A stretch of DNA of 64,000 nt, from assembly GCF_009914755.1 (NCBI RefSeq), contig NC_060929.1; one strand, given 5' to 3'. The position numbers and the translations under genes are program-made. Origin of the DNA: the human T2T-CHM13v2.0 reference genome, Homo sapiens. Shown here piece by piece: positions 47,100 to 60,856 of the stretch; within the stretch, counting starts at the first letter, position 1, and the number at the start of each line of letters is the position of its first letter. Under the pieces are notes generated by a model. That model was not told the DNA's origin, did no database searches, and saw only the letters and a program-made list of their open reading frames with translations.

Positions 47100-47385
47100 T
47101 TTTAAAGCAGGGCCTCACTCTGTCATGCAGGCTGGAGTGTAATGGCATAATCTCGCCTCACTGCAGCCTCGACCCACGGGCTCAAGTGATCCTCCCACCT
47201 TAGCCTCCCAAGTAGGTGGGATTACAGGTACCCACCACCGTACCTGGCAAATTTTTGTATTTTTGTAGAGATGGGGCTTTGCCATGTTGCCCAGGCTGGT
47301 CTCAAACTCCTGAGCTCAAGCAATCCACCCGCTTCGGCCTCCCAAAGTGCTGAGATTACACGCATGAGCCACCATGCCCCGCCCT
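47100..47385 (-). mobile_element. AluJ
   Basis: Antisense diverged Alu. Confidence 0.88.
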
Positions 47386-47787
47386 CCCATCATTTATTGA
47401 GGAATGAGGGATGATGTGGTCCTCCACTGGGAAGACGGGGGCTTTATTTTCCAGCAATGCTGATCTTCTTAGTTACCAGTGCTGCCTTGGCTCTATGATG
47501 CTTGGTGTTCTGGCTGCTGGACTCACATTTGCAACTGAGACCCCAGATAGCTTTTGCTGAGGGTTTTGGTAGACACTGCCACCTCATCTTCCAGCTGGAT
47601 AAAGGCAGGGCCCTTTCTTTGACTCAGTTCCTCATAGAAATTTGGGAAATGATAGGGCTGACATTCCTGTGAAAGATGTGGGAATTAGCCCAGGTCTTCA
47701 TTGCAGTCAGCCATCTCATTCCCCAGAGAAGAAAGTGCCATGGCTTAATTTAGGTTCTAATGAGTATCTTGTGTTTGAATATCCTAG

Positions 47788-47865
47788 GGCCAGATGGATG
47801 AAGATGTCCAGAAAGTACTGAAGCAAATCCTTACCATGTGTAAAAACCAGTCTCAAAAGAAGTAA
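47788..47865 (+). CDS. RAI14: RAI14 last coding exon (GQMDEDVQKVLKQILTMCKNQSQKK*)
   Basis: atcctag acceptor; TAA at 47863-47865; C-terminus typical of the RAI14/UACA family. Confidence 0.96.
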   Translation, partial: GQMDEDVQKVLKQILTMCKNQSQKK

Positions 47866-49712
47866 AGTGGATTCCTTGGCAGGACACTGCCCCTTGTCAT
47901 CTGTCTTTGTGTTAGATCCAGAGTTGTCGGCAGCCGCTGCCATTGTTCTCATTCGTGGTATGCACTGTGGCCTAGCGTAGCTTCTTCCCTTTCCAAAGGT
48001 TTCTGAGGACTTCTCCCAGGAGAAGACTGCCCGCCTCAGAACTGCTTAGAGACTTCAAACCAGCAGAGGTGAAAGTCCCTGTCATCCCTTCAGATTCCAG
48101 AGCTGGGATCAGCCATGCCCAGAGGTCTGGTCCTGATGCTGGCAGGGGGGCCCCCTCCTCCATCCCTGACTGGCTGAGTGGCTTTATCACCACCGAGTGA
48201 TGTGCTGAGGCCTCCTGCAGTGAATGCTCCTTCCATTCCTGTACTCAGGCAGTGCCATTCAGCACAGGAGAGCTCTTTTTGCCTTTGGCTTTCAATTCCA
48301 AAACATGATTTAATTTCTAACTAAATTAGTATGGCACTAGTTATGAAGTATCTGCTTAAAACCCTTCATCATGATATCCTGTGGATTTAAAAACTCTAAT
48401 TCCATGTTTTCTTCCCATCTGCCTTATATATCTCATCACCCTGCTTATCAATATTCAGTTTGATGAGCACTATTAACTAAAATATGAAACTTAAAAACAA
48501 AAGCAAGTTGTCCTTAAAAGTTCTTTTTTTAAGTAAATTGTTGACATACTGCAAATTTTCTATGCAAACTTGCCTCCTGCTGTTATCTGTGAAGCTCAGG
48601 AAATCCAAACATTTGTGTTTCAACAAGGGACAGTAAACTGTGTGTTTACAGCCAAAAGAAATGCCTCATAGTTCTTAACCTCAACTTTTGTAGAAGTATT
48701 TTTTTCTCTGTAATATTTTTATTGGCTCATAAAGATGTTTTCATATCTGAACTCCTAAATAAGTGAAATTACAGTAGATTATATTAACAAAATACTTTTT
48801 AGGTAGCCATGCTTGAGACTTTTTAAAAATATAACTTTTTCCTTAAAGTTTTCAGCTATAGCAAAAGGTAGTTATGTATGCCAGACCTAATATGAGCTGC
48901 CACCAACACCCCTAGAACTTTCAGCCATGGTGTCTTCAGAATTGTAGCGCATTTCTGAATCTAGCAAATCCTCCTTTTACCCGTTGAATGTTTTGAATGC
49001 CCTGACTCTACCAGCGCCCATAAATGATCTCTAGAAGGACTGTTAGTACCAACCTGTTTTTCAACTTTGAAGCTAAAAACCCTGATATGGTAATATTATG
49101 GTGCATAGCAGAGGTCTCGGAAAAAAAATATTTCTGTTCACTTTACTTTCAGGTTAAAAATGTTTCTAACACGCTTGCAACTTCCCTTATGGCATTAATC
49201 TTGTTGAGGGAGAGAGACAGAATCCTGGACTCTCCAAAGTATTTAACTGAAAGTAGGGCCTGCTCTGACAGGGCCCATGTCCCACAAGGCTGCTTGGCCT
49301 CAGTGGGTGCTTGGCTGTGCTGGATGATATGTTGATCTGTATTGGATAAGGACCAATGACAGCAAAGCAAAAATGGCTTTAAAGCTTGGTGTTACTTTTC
49401 TTAAGTTGTTTAATTATAGTTAAGCAATTTCAAAAATGCTCCAAAGAAATGTGAAAGGACCTTTTGTCACAGCACTTCAGAAAATACACAACAGCCCCTT
49501 CTGCCCCCGCACAGAAATGCTGCAGAGTATATAAAACTTGAGACATTTTTGTAGGATGCCTGACGAGGTGTAGCCTTTTATCTTGTTTCCGGATGCATAT
49601 TTATTACGAGTACTCTGGTTAAATATTGAAAAGTTATATGCTGTAGTTTTTAGTATTTTGTCTTTGTAATTTACAGAAGTTATTGGAGAAAATAAACTTG
49701 TTTCATTTTGCA
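47866..49712 (+). other. RAI14: RAI14 3'UTR
   Basis: Repeat-free region from the stop codon to the poly(A) site. Confidence 0.85.
49691..49696 (+). terminator. RAI14 polyadenylation signal AATAAA
   Basis: AATAAA, CA about 15 nt downstream, then GU-rich TTTCTGGTGTTGATTTTTGGTGT. Confidence 0.88.
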
Positions 49713-50061
49713 TTTCTGGTGTTGATTTTTGGTGTATTCAGAAGCATATCTGCGTGGCTTCTGAAGATCAGTTCAATAGCATTTCAGTGTAATAGGTTTT
49801 CTAGTCTGTGCTATGCTCAGCTGGTATGAGTTGTCCGCACTGTCTCACACAAAGTCTCACATCATTTCCTTTTCCCAGCTCTTGGATTCGCCCTGAGCTC
49901 TGCCCTGAGTATCAGCCGCTTTGGGGCAGTTGAATCACAGTTGCCTTTAATTCACAATTGCCTCTCATTTAATCTGCAGTCTGTTTAACTGTTTGGAAGC
50001 CTCCGCTGGATTTTTTTTCCCTCTTGCTTCTTGCTTTTTTTGAAAAAGTAATACATACATA

Positions 50062-50095
<34 letters not shown>

Positions 50096-51666
50096 AGATA
50101 CATTTTCCTGCCCCATTACAAAGACAATTCAATTAATTCCTGACAAAACTCTTGTCAGGTGAATTCTGGCAAGGTTAAAATCATAATTAAAATTGTTGCA
50201 GGTTATAATCATAATCAAAATTACATGAAATAGGTACAGCTACTTAAGAAGTTAGCATTGTTTATCATACTCCAATGTAACAAGGCCATTTCCCTTCACT
50301 TACAACATGATTCCACCTCTACTTCAGTTTCATTGTGCCTTCCTACTATACCCTGAAACTTTATTTCAAAGAAAGCATGTGTGTGATACTCAACTGAACC
50401 TTTTATTTCAACTGTGGCCAACCAGACAACTCAGAAGGTGACTTCATGGGGACACTCAGCTGGAGAGGAAACTGAGATAAACCCAAACCAGTCATCTCTG
50501 ATGGACAGAAACGCCTCATAAGGCAAAATTGGGATATGAAAAGAAACTCTCCTGCCTCCACAATTAGATAGCAGCTGAGATTGTAGGACAAATGAAAGGA
50601 ACCACAAATAAATCTTTCTCTTACTCCCCAATCCTTAGTGCATCTACCCAGAAGCAACATCTAGTAAGTTTCTTCGGTGACCTGAGACATTCTCTGTCTA
50701 TATGTACATGTAGGCATGTATTTTTCTTTCTTCTTTAAATATCTTGGATATTATTCTCTGTCAGCATACACATCTCATTCTTTTTAACTGCTGAATAAAA
50801 TTGCATAGTATGGTGCTATATTTTATCTTGATAATTCCACATTATGGACATTTAATTGCTTCCAGTATTGCAGCTACAAAAATGATGCAATTGACTATCC
50901 TATGTATGTATGTATATCTTTACACGTGTAAGGATTTTTTGAATTTTCAAATTGCTCATTTTTACATTAGCTTCCATCAAGATATGGGCAGAAAAAAAAT
51001 GAATAGAATATTGTTCGTATCATCACATTGAGAAAGAATGGCCTTTCCCTTCATGTTGTTTGAATAAGAGTCATTAATTTGTTTTCCTTACATACACTTT
51101 AAGACAAACTCCAAAGCCTTTAATAATTAAACCCACCCATCTTCAGATAAACACATGATACGCTGTGAGGGGAAAACACTCCCTGAACATGTTGAAGCAC
51201 AACATTTTGCAATGCAGCATAACAAGAATATTGAGTGCTGACAGTAGCAGAAACATTATGCAACAAAGATTGGGGTCATTTTTTGAGCAAAGTTAAGCAG
51301 CAGACTGCAAGGCCAAGAGTGAGCTGGAAAAAGCCACAGACCAAAGAACTAGGGCTTTCACAAGAGTAGCAATTTTCTATTCACCAGATCAGGGCAGAGA
51401 TTTGTCAAGCATTATGGGAGCGTGTGACATATTTGAGAAACAAAAGAACAAGGACTCAGCCATAGGAGCTGGGCAAGGGAACAATCAACATAGGTTCCAG
51501 CAGATGGAAAGGCTCCTTTGAGAAGTAAAGCCCCCACGAGGCGAGTAGGAGGAAAGCAGAGACATTCCTGCATACTTACTATAAAGCAGGCTCTAAAATG
51601 GGAAGAAACAGCATATTCAAGAACCGTAACTGGATGTACCAGATTATAAAGTGGAGGATACATAAG

Positions 51667-52018
51667 AGTATTAGTCCGTTTTCATGCTGCTGATAAAAAC
51701 ATACCCAAGACTGGGCAATTTACAAAAGAAAGGTTTCATGGACTTATAGTTCCACGTGGCTAGTGAGGCCTCTCAGTCATGGTAGAAGGCAAGGAGGAGC
51801 AAGTCACGTCTTAAATGGATGGCAGCAGGCAAAGAGAGAGCTTGTGCAGGGAAACTCCCGTTTTTAAAACCATCAGATCTTGTAAGACTTATCCACTATC
51901 ACAAGAACAGCATAGGAAAGACCCACCCTCATGATTCAGTTATCTCCCACCACGTTCCCCCCACAACATGTGGGAATTCAAGATGAGATTTGGGTGGGGA
52001 CACAGCCAAACCATATCA
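51667..52018 (-). mobile_element. THE1 solo LTR
   Basis: GTATTAGTCCGTTTTCATGCTGCTGATAAA...GGGACACAGCCAAACCATATCA. Confidence 0.9.
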
Positions 52019-52140
52019 GTAAGGGATGGAAAGAAGCAGGACACAGTCAAATGATGCAAGCTGCTAACAGCCAGGAGAAGAGGGCTCCTTATGTGTCACC
52101 TCCATATGTTTTTAAAACCATGCATTTAAGTTACACACTC

Positions 52141-52626
52141 TAGTAGGCAGAATAAGTCCTCCCAAAGACATCCATGTCCTAATCCTCAGAACCTGTGAAT
52201 ATGTTAGCTGTGAATCTAACCTGTGAATAAGTTACATGACAAGGAGGAATTAAGGTTGCTGATAGAATTAAGCCTGCTAATCTGCTGACCTTTAAATAAG
52301 ATTATCCAGGTGGGCCCAGTATAACAAGAGGGGTCTTTTAAAAATGGAAAGAAGGGTCAGAGATTTGAAGATGCTGCATTGCTGCTGGCTTTGAAGATGA
52401 AGAGAACAAATCAAGGAATGCAGCCAGGCTCTAGAGGCTGGAAAAGGTAAGAAAAAATTTTCTCCTTGAGCTCCCAGAAGGAGCCACCCTTGCAGACAGC
52501 TTGTCTTTAGCCCAGTGACACCCATTTCAGACTTTCAACCTCCAGAATTATACAATAATAAAGTTGTGGTTTGTTAAGCCACTGAGTTTGTGGTGACATT
52601 ACAGCAACAATAGGAAACTGATACAC
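52141..52626 (+). mobile_element. MLT1D-like LTR
   Basis: AGGCAGAATAA...CCATGTCCTAATCC...GCAACAATAGGAAACTGATACA. Confidence 0.82.
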
Positions 52627-53204
52627 ACAGGGAGAATCTCTACTAATGGAGTTCCTAAAGGTCATTTGTAGTTTATGTGTTTTTTTTGTTTGTTTTGTTT
52701 TTCTTTTTTAACACTGATATATCCCAGGCACTGTGCTGAATGCTAAAGGCTCAATGATAACAACTCCTGCTCACGAGGAGCTCATAGCTGGCCAATCAGG
52801 GCCTGCTACCTAGCAGGTATTCTGTATTCACTGAGTGGGTAGATGAATATTTAGACGGATGAATTGCCTATAAGGCCCTCCATGACCTGATGCCCCACCA
52901 CTTTACTGACACAGTCTTTTGTCTCTTTCCTCCTCATTCTTACTACCCTTGGCTGTTCTTTGACCCCATTAAACTTGTTCCTGCCTCAGGGCTTTTGCAC
53001 TTGCTGTTAACATCTTAGAATGTTCTTCTCCTAAATATTTGCACAATTTGTTGCACGATTTGAGGTATCTTCTCAATGTCATCTTGTCAGAGAGGCCCTG
53101 TTTAACTACACTATGTAAGATGGCACACCCCTCCCGCCATGGCCACATCACCTTCTAAATCCCTTACCTGGTTTTATTTTTCTCCATAACTGTTTATCAT
53201 GTTT

Positions 53205-53513
<309 letters not shown>

Positions 53514-54370
53514 CACTTTTTCTTAAGGTGACTCTTCTGGCTAAGGGAGTCAGTGAGTCCTGAAATCCAGCCCACTCTCTGTTCCCAAAGCTGTACTCCT
53601 TAGCAGGGGTCTGAGTCTGGCTGGAGGAAAAGGCTTTTTCCAAATTCATACACTGTCACTGCATACTCCCTAAGCCTTCTGCCTTTTTGTAACTTGCAGA
53701 GACACCATACTGTTTACTAGCAGCTCTGTTTTTCTTCATCTAGTAGAATATAAATTCCTGGAAAGCAAAATCATTATCTTATTTGTTCACTTTTGCTTTC
53801 CTACTGCTTAGAACATTATCTGGCACATAGTAGGTATTCCACAAATATTTTTGTCTGGGTGGATGGATAGATGTATGGAGATTGGAGAAACTTGCAAATA
53901 AACAGAAGTGCCAGTACAATGTGAGAGTCATGATGAGATTGTGGACAGGGTACTGCGAGGGCTCAGAAGCAAGGCATCTAACCCTCTCTTGAGAGGCCAT
54001 AAAAATGTGTTCCAAGCGAAAGTTTATTTGGATTTCCTTGCCTTAAATTTCACAGTTCCTGGGATAAGAATAGCTTGGAGATAATCACATTTGATTTGGG
54101 GTTGTTAGAGCCTAGAAAAACCCCCCATACTGCTTCCTCTATGCAATTTCTGCAATAGCAATGCTTGCCACCTCTACCTCCGGATCAGGGGAGGGAATGT
54201 GAATACACACGGTGGAAACGCACTATCCACTTAGATTAGTGGGATGCCATTCTAGAGTTAGTGAACAAACCTAAAAGTGTATATACTACAACTAAAGCTT
54301 ACATTTGGGGGACAGGGTTAACATGACAAGGAAAGAAATACCAAAAAACTTCAAGAGTCCTCAAAGTTCT

Positions 54371-54771
<401 letters not shown>

Positions 54772-56269
54772 TTAGGAATGGGAATTCAGTGCCTGTTCTG
54801 GTTCTTCTCTCCACAATTATCAGCAAAAGCAAAGGTTTAGAAAAGAGACATTACCTTTAATATACTTAGAAACAATCTCACAGCCATTTCCTAGAATGAA
54901 AGAACATTAAAACCTTTCAATTTGATGACCAACTTAACAAGGGGTAAAAGAAATAAATGTTGGAGAACAGGAAACAGGTTCTTCCTTTTTACTCCCATAC
55001 ATGTTAAATACTGTTCATAGAGTCACAAAAATCGTTTACCCCTTACAGAAACCTGGAACCAGAAGGCGCTTCAGAAAGCAAGTGGTACAAAAACTTTCAC
55101 CCTATAGGCAAGAAAATTGGGACCCACTGGCCGTGACTCGGCCCAGGCTACAGAGTCAAAACCAGAACCTTGACATTCTGAAATCAGGTTCATTGCTGTC
55201 ATCATTGTTCCATGCTGAGAGTTTTCTTAGGAAAAAGAATAAAGTGGGGGAATCTTTCCAAAATTGTGACTATGGAGCTCGAAAGTACAGATTTAAATCT
55301 TGAGTTAACAGACCATACAGGTTTTACTTAAGAGATATTCAAGCAAACTCATTTAAATAACTCCTCCAACCTAACTCCAAAAAGGCTTTCTTGGCAGTCT
55401 TGGATCAATGGCAATTAAACTTCCAGCCTAGAGCTGGAAATAACAAACACCAAACGTAAACACCATCTTTCACATTCTCAATGTTCTCCTTGTCTCTCTA
55501 CCTAGTCTGCTCTTTTCTGAAAACAACTGGGACACATTCACTCCAACTTGACTTGCCATAGGCCTAGTCTATGATAGGGTTCATAATAACATCCTTCAAC
55601 ATAGCGTTGCAAGAGCTGGCGCTGTTTCTTTGGGTATGGCCACAATTGCCTCTGCACCTTGTGTGTATTACACACACTGTATTCCATGCCAACGAAAGGG
55701 TAAGATATGGCTGCATTATTTAGGGCTAAGTGCTAAATAAATAATGAACAGCTAACCATTAGCAGATCTAGTAGTCGATTTCTTACCCTACTCTCTTCCT
55801 GCAATCAGCTTTCCTAACCATGCCTAGCTCCAATCTTACTGGGTAACACAGACGGTGCCAGCACAGTCAACAGCCATATCTAAGCCTTTCCTCTGGGGTC
55901 CATAAAAACAAAACTCCCGAGGAGCTGTGGGGGTGCACCGTGGCCAGGGATCGTCGCCGAATACAGCCCGCACACGTCGCAGCTTTAAATAAGTAGGGCC
56001 GTGGGGCCCGGCGCTCCCTTCCATCCTTGGACGGAATGTATCTTCTCTTCCTACGCCTTCACCTCCGAGGGGTAAGGTCTCGTGAGATACAATATGCAGA
56101 GGCCAGTTTTGGGGCGAGCCGGAGGCCGGGCGCGTCTAACCTGCGGGGAAGGGAAAGCGGAGGGTAAGGCAAGGGCTGCTGTAGGCGCCAGACAACAGGG
56201 ACTCTCCGAACCGGAAGTGCCCCGCGTCGCCATGGCTACAGGCGCTCCCAGCAGAACCCGTAGCGTTCC

Positions 56270-56283
56270 GTTCCCATGGCAAC
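56270..56283. promoter_or_regulatory. RFX X-box GTTCCCATGGCAAC
   Basis: Matches the GTTNCCATGGNAAC palindromic consensus. Confidence 0.8.
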
Positions 56284-56286
56284 GGT

Positions 56287-56382
56287 ATTGTCTCCTTGGC
56301 CGGACCTGGGCTGCGGAAGGTAACTGGGGACGTCGCAGGCTGTGCAGCTTTCGCGAGGCACCGCTTTGGCGCCCGGACCGAG
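56287..56382 (+). other. TTC23L: Probable non-coding first exon of TTC23L (start approximate)
   Basis: Follows the X-box; candidate donors GAG|gtgcgc at 56382 and AAG|gtaact at 56319. Confidence 0.55.
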
Positions 56383-57024
56383 GTGCGCCAGGGTCAGGAG
56401 GCCGACGCAGCGGGAGGAAGCCGCGCCGTCGGGCTCAGGGAGCTGGGAGGCTGGTTCCGGGGCGTGGTTTCTCCGCCTTGAGCCAGGTGCCCTTTGCGCA
56501 CTCGCGCGTTCTCTTAGAGCCTCCGCGGCAGAGAGGCTCTCAGAGCTCGACCTGCGGCGTCAGGGCTTACAGACTTGCCGCAGAACCACAGCGGGAAAAG
56601 AGGAGCGATTCGTCCTTGAGGGGCTCAGGGCCGTGCGGAACGTCATAGGAACAGAGTCCGGGAGTTTGAGAGATCAGAACTCTTTGCTGTGGGCATAGTG
56701 TTTAAAGTGGAGGTTAAAAAGAGAAATTAGTGACTCTCCCTTTCTGATTTTCGGATAATGGATGCTCTGGAGCCTGGGTCAGAAAGCCACTCAGGGCTCG
56801 GTGGGAATTAGTGATTCTGGAGGGTGAAAGGAGAGGCGACTTGGTGGATGTTAACATTCAATAAGTAACTGCGTTCGATTTGGGTTTGATTTAAGCGACT
56901 GGCATAGCCTTCCTTGAGAGTTGAATTTCACAAATACTGTATTTAGAAATCACATTTTTCGTTTTGTGCTTCCGAGGTTTCTCCTATCATCTAACAGCAA
57001 CAACTAAAACAGACACATGAATTT

Positions 57025-57313
57025 CATTTTATTGTTTTATTTTATTTTGAGACGGAGTCTCGCTCTGTCGCCCAGGCTGGAGTGCAGTGGCGCGATCTCC
57101 GCCTCCCGGGTTCAAGCGATTCTCCTGCCTCAGCCTCCCGAGTAGCTGGAACTACAGGCGTGCACCACCACAGCCGACTATATTTTGTATTTTTAGTAGA
57201 GACGGGGTTTCACCCTGTTGGCCAGGCTGGTCTCGAACTCCTGAACTCGGGTGATCCACCCGCCTCGGCTTCCCACAGTGCTGGGATTACAGGCGTGAGC
57301 CTCTGTACCCGCC
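57025..57313 (-). mobile_element. AluS with small internal deletion
   Basis: Antisense Alu. Confidence 0.9.
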
Positions 57314-57794
57314 TCGTGACCCCTGTACTAGAATCTGCTATTAATTAGTGAAATGACCCCGGGGGGGGGGGGGAAAGCAGAATTAACCAATACACTGGCT
57401 GTGCTTCGTTTACCACTGAGAGTTGGTTGCTTTGCTTAAATCCAACACGCCGTCAGACCTGCAAAAACAATATCTGAGTTAAGTAGGTGACCATAGTTTT
57501 GATGACCCAGGAACTGTAAATGTGCTTGCTTTGAGACATAAAGGCCAGGGATTTTGGAGAAGTAGGGTGGAGTTGAAATTAGGGGAAAGAAATTTAACTT
57601 AGACATTTAATTTGGCAAATGTCTGTTTTCCAGCGGTCTCCATATCTAAGTATGCGTAGTCTGTGGATTTAGGATGGGTTATATATTTGAGCAGTTTTAG
57701 TTTAATGTTAATAGCAAACCAGAGGGGGAAAATAGAACAGACACCCAGCCTTTTCTCTCAAAGCTGACCTTACCTGATTCTTGGTAGGAAGAAG

Positions 57795-57862
57795 ATGCAA
57801 GCCAGCCCCATCCGTATCCCAACTGTTAGCAATGACATCGACTGGGATTTCTGCTTCCGTAT
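57795..57862 (+). CDS. TTC23L: TTC23L first coding exon ([23 protein letters not shown]); exon starts 57788
   Basis: ggtag|GAAGAAGATG, AT|gtaagt donor; N-terminus recognised as TTC23L. Confidence 0.88.
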
Positions 57863-57962
57863 GTAAGTATCACAGCATTTTGACATCACAGGTACTTACT
57901 GGGCTGAAACACTGGGACCTCCTGCTTAAGGCAAACCTGGGTGAGGAGCTTTGCATGAGAAG

Positions 57963-58190
57963 CGTTCACGACCAGCCTGACCAACATGGTGAAACCCCGT
58001 CTCTACTAAAAATACAAAAATTAGCTGCGCGGTAGTGGCACGCGACTGTAATCCCAGCTACTCGGGAGGCTGAGGCAGGAGAATAGCTGAACCCGGAGGC
58101 AGAGGTTGTGGTGGGCTGAGATTCCATCACTGCACTCCAGTCTGGGCAATAGAGACCCTGTCTCAAAAAAAAATAAAATAAAATAAAAAA
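57963..58190 (+). mobile_element. 5'-truncated Alu
   Basis: Starts mid left arm; (TAAAA)n tail. Confidence 0.88.
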
Positions 58191-58419
58191 GAAGGTTGTG
58201 TTTCTGATGTGCTTTAATAATGATTCTGCTATAATATCTGTTTGTATTTACAACCTATGCATGATAGAAGATTGCTTTTTCCCGACTTAAGGAAATTTTA
58301 AAAGTTTTTAAAATAAAAATAGGTTAGTTATAACAAGATTGGCAAAATTGTAGAGAGTTAGCTATAACAAAGTTAATGAGAAAATTTTTATGAAATAGAG
58401 TAAATAAAACTTTCGTATC

Positions 58420-58937
<518 letters not shown>

Positions 58938-58968
58938 GTAGAGTCCATTCTTTAACCATTCTCTATAG

Positions 58969-59181
58969 CAGGGTTTCTCGGTCTCTGCACTGTTGACATT
59001 GGGGTTGGATAACTGTTTGTTGTGGAGGGCTGTCCTATATGTTGTAGGATTTTTAGCAGCATCCCTGGCCACCATCCACTAGATGCCAGTAGCACTAGCT
59101 CCAGTTGTGACAAGCAAAAATGTCTCTAGATGCTGCCAGATTTCCCCTCGGGGCAAAGTCATCCTTAGTTGGGAACCATTG
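58969..59181. mobile_element. MER20, followed by a MER33-like relic to ~59470
   Basis: CAGGGTTTCTC...GTTGGGAACCATTG. Confidence 0.75.
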
Positions 59182-59472
59182 CTCTATACCAGTGTCATCA
59201 AATAGAAATATAATGCAAACCACATATGTAATTTAAAATTTTCTGCTACCCATATTAAAAGGTGAAATGAAACACATGAATTTAATTTCAATACTATATT
59301 TTATTTCAATATATACAAAATATGCTAAAATTATTAATGAAATATTTTATCTTTTTATACTCTTTAAAATACAGCACATATTTTACATTTACAGCACATC
59401 TTAATTCAGACCAGCAATATTTCATGTGCTTGATAGCCACATGTGGCTAGTAGTTACCAAGTTGGATAGCAT

Positions 59473-60229
59473 TTTTTTTTTTTGAGACAGAGTTGTGGAG
59501 CACCAGATTCTGTTGCTGTTTGGGGGGCCCCTATGTAACCTGCCACAATCCCTGGTGGACTGAACAAAGGAGGGGTGAATGTGGGAATAAAAGACAAGAG
59601 ACAAAAGAGTATACTTGGAAGAAGGGGTCAGGGGGCACCTTGCCTCTAGTGGACGAAGGCCCTGAGCTGTACGCAGCCCTCTGTATTTATTAGGCAAAAG
59701 AGATGGTGAGAAGGGGGGTGGAAGAAGGGGTCAGCTGCTTAGTCCAGAGTAGGCTTGCAAGACTTCATTCCTCAAACAACAGGCTCTAGATGTCACAGTA
59801 GATAACCTCAGCGCTAGGGAGTGATTGCCTCCAGCAAACCCTCTGTCGGCAGGAGCACTCGTGAGTTTGCTCACATCCTGCATTCATGATAAACAGTTTG
59901 CTGTTTGATCATATCGTCTCCAGTGGAATGCTGAGTTGGTCACATCCCATGGGCCTTCGGCTCCCAGCACAGAGTCTTGCTCTGTCACCCAGGCTGGAGC
60001 GCAGTGGTGTGATCTCAGCTCACTGCACCCTTCGCCTCCTAGGTTCAAGCCATTCTCATGCCTCAGCCTCCTGAGTAGCTGGGATTACAGTCTCACTGTG
60101 GTATTTTTTAGGAGATACAGGGTTCCACCATGTTGGCCAGGCTGGTCTCGAACTCCTGACCGCAAGTGATCCATGCACCTCGGCCTTCCAGAGTGCTGGG
60201 ATTAGAGGTGTGAGCCACTGTGCCTGGCC
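59473..60229 (-). mobile_element. Antisense Alu interrupted by a solo LTR
   Basis: Tail piece 59473-59493, body 59970-60229; TSD TGGATAGCAT. Confidence 0.9.
59494..59969 (-). mobile_element. Solo LTR3-type LTR (HERV-K HML-6), 476 bp
   Basis: Minus strand TGCTGGGAGCCGAAGGCCCATGGGATGTGACCAACTCAGC...CA; perfect 6-bp TSD CAGAGT. Confidence 0.85.
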
Positions 60230-60790
60230 TGGATAGCATAAGTTTAAATTCATAAAATATCTTAAGGTTAAGGGTTATATGACTATAAAAATTGAAGTTC
60301 ATAAAAATGTCAAGTTCACAGTAAAATATCTGGGAAATAATCGGATAATTTATATCGAACATTACTAATCAGAATTCCTATTCATGATGGTAACATATGG
60401 AATCAATTATAAACCTGGCAAGGCAGACCTTCCATTCAACCTCCTATTCTTTTTATTCTGACCATCCTTTGAGATGTCTGACTGGTCAGGATTCTCCAGC
60501 CATCTTTCTCACCTTCTATAACATGATGTTCAAAGCTAGTTCAGGGATTTACATTCTCAAATCATTTGTCAAGACCTCAATGTTTCTCATTCCTTTGAAG
60601 TCCCTGAGGTTGAAGCTTGCCACCTTTGGTCTTACCTTAATGTTATTCAAGGCTTAATTTAAAATATTTCGGGCTTATAATTTTTACTATCCATAATTAG
60701 CAATCTGGTGACTCCAATAGATTTAACTTCTGCTCTAGGTCTGTGAAATATGCAGCTTAAGCAAAATTTGCTATTGAGATATGATCTCTT

Positions 60791-60856
60791 TTTTTTTTAA
60801 CTGCCCCTTGCAGAACAGGGCTAGCTCATAGGCAGCATGCCCAGAGTCAGCCGACT
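60791..60856 (-). mobile_element. Short poly(A)-tailed retroposed fragment, probably LTR-derived
   Basis: 11-bp TSD TATGATCTCTT; T tract at left end. Confidence 0.7.

Larger units (their letters stand above)
55900..56700 (+). promoter_or_regulatory. TTC23L: CpG-island promoter of TTC23L
   Basis: Sharp rise in GC and CpG; ETS site CCGGAAGTG at 56211; X-boxes at 56226 and 56270. Confidence 0.9.

Noticed and set aside
50065-50092. Long A run downstream of RAI14 as a retroposon tail or second poly(A) site
   Set aside because: No element body, clear TSD or upstream hexamer; likely source of oligo-dT internal priming artefacts
56082-56698. 188-aa and 118-aa ORFs in the CpG island
   Set aside because: R/G/A-rich low-complexity translations expected in GC-rich DNA with few stops; no domain; they overlap the promoter and first exon
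57357-57373. C4G13 run and other G-rich tracts (12952-12968, ~23690-23730) as functional G-quadruplexes
   Set aside because: Simple homopolymer or L2-embedded tracts; no evidence of function from sequence
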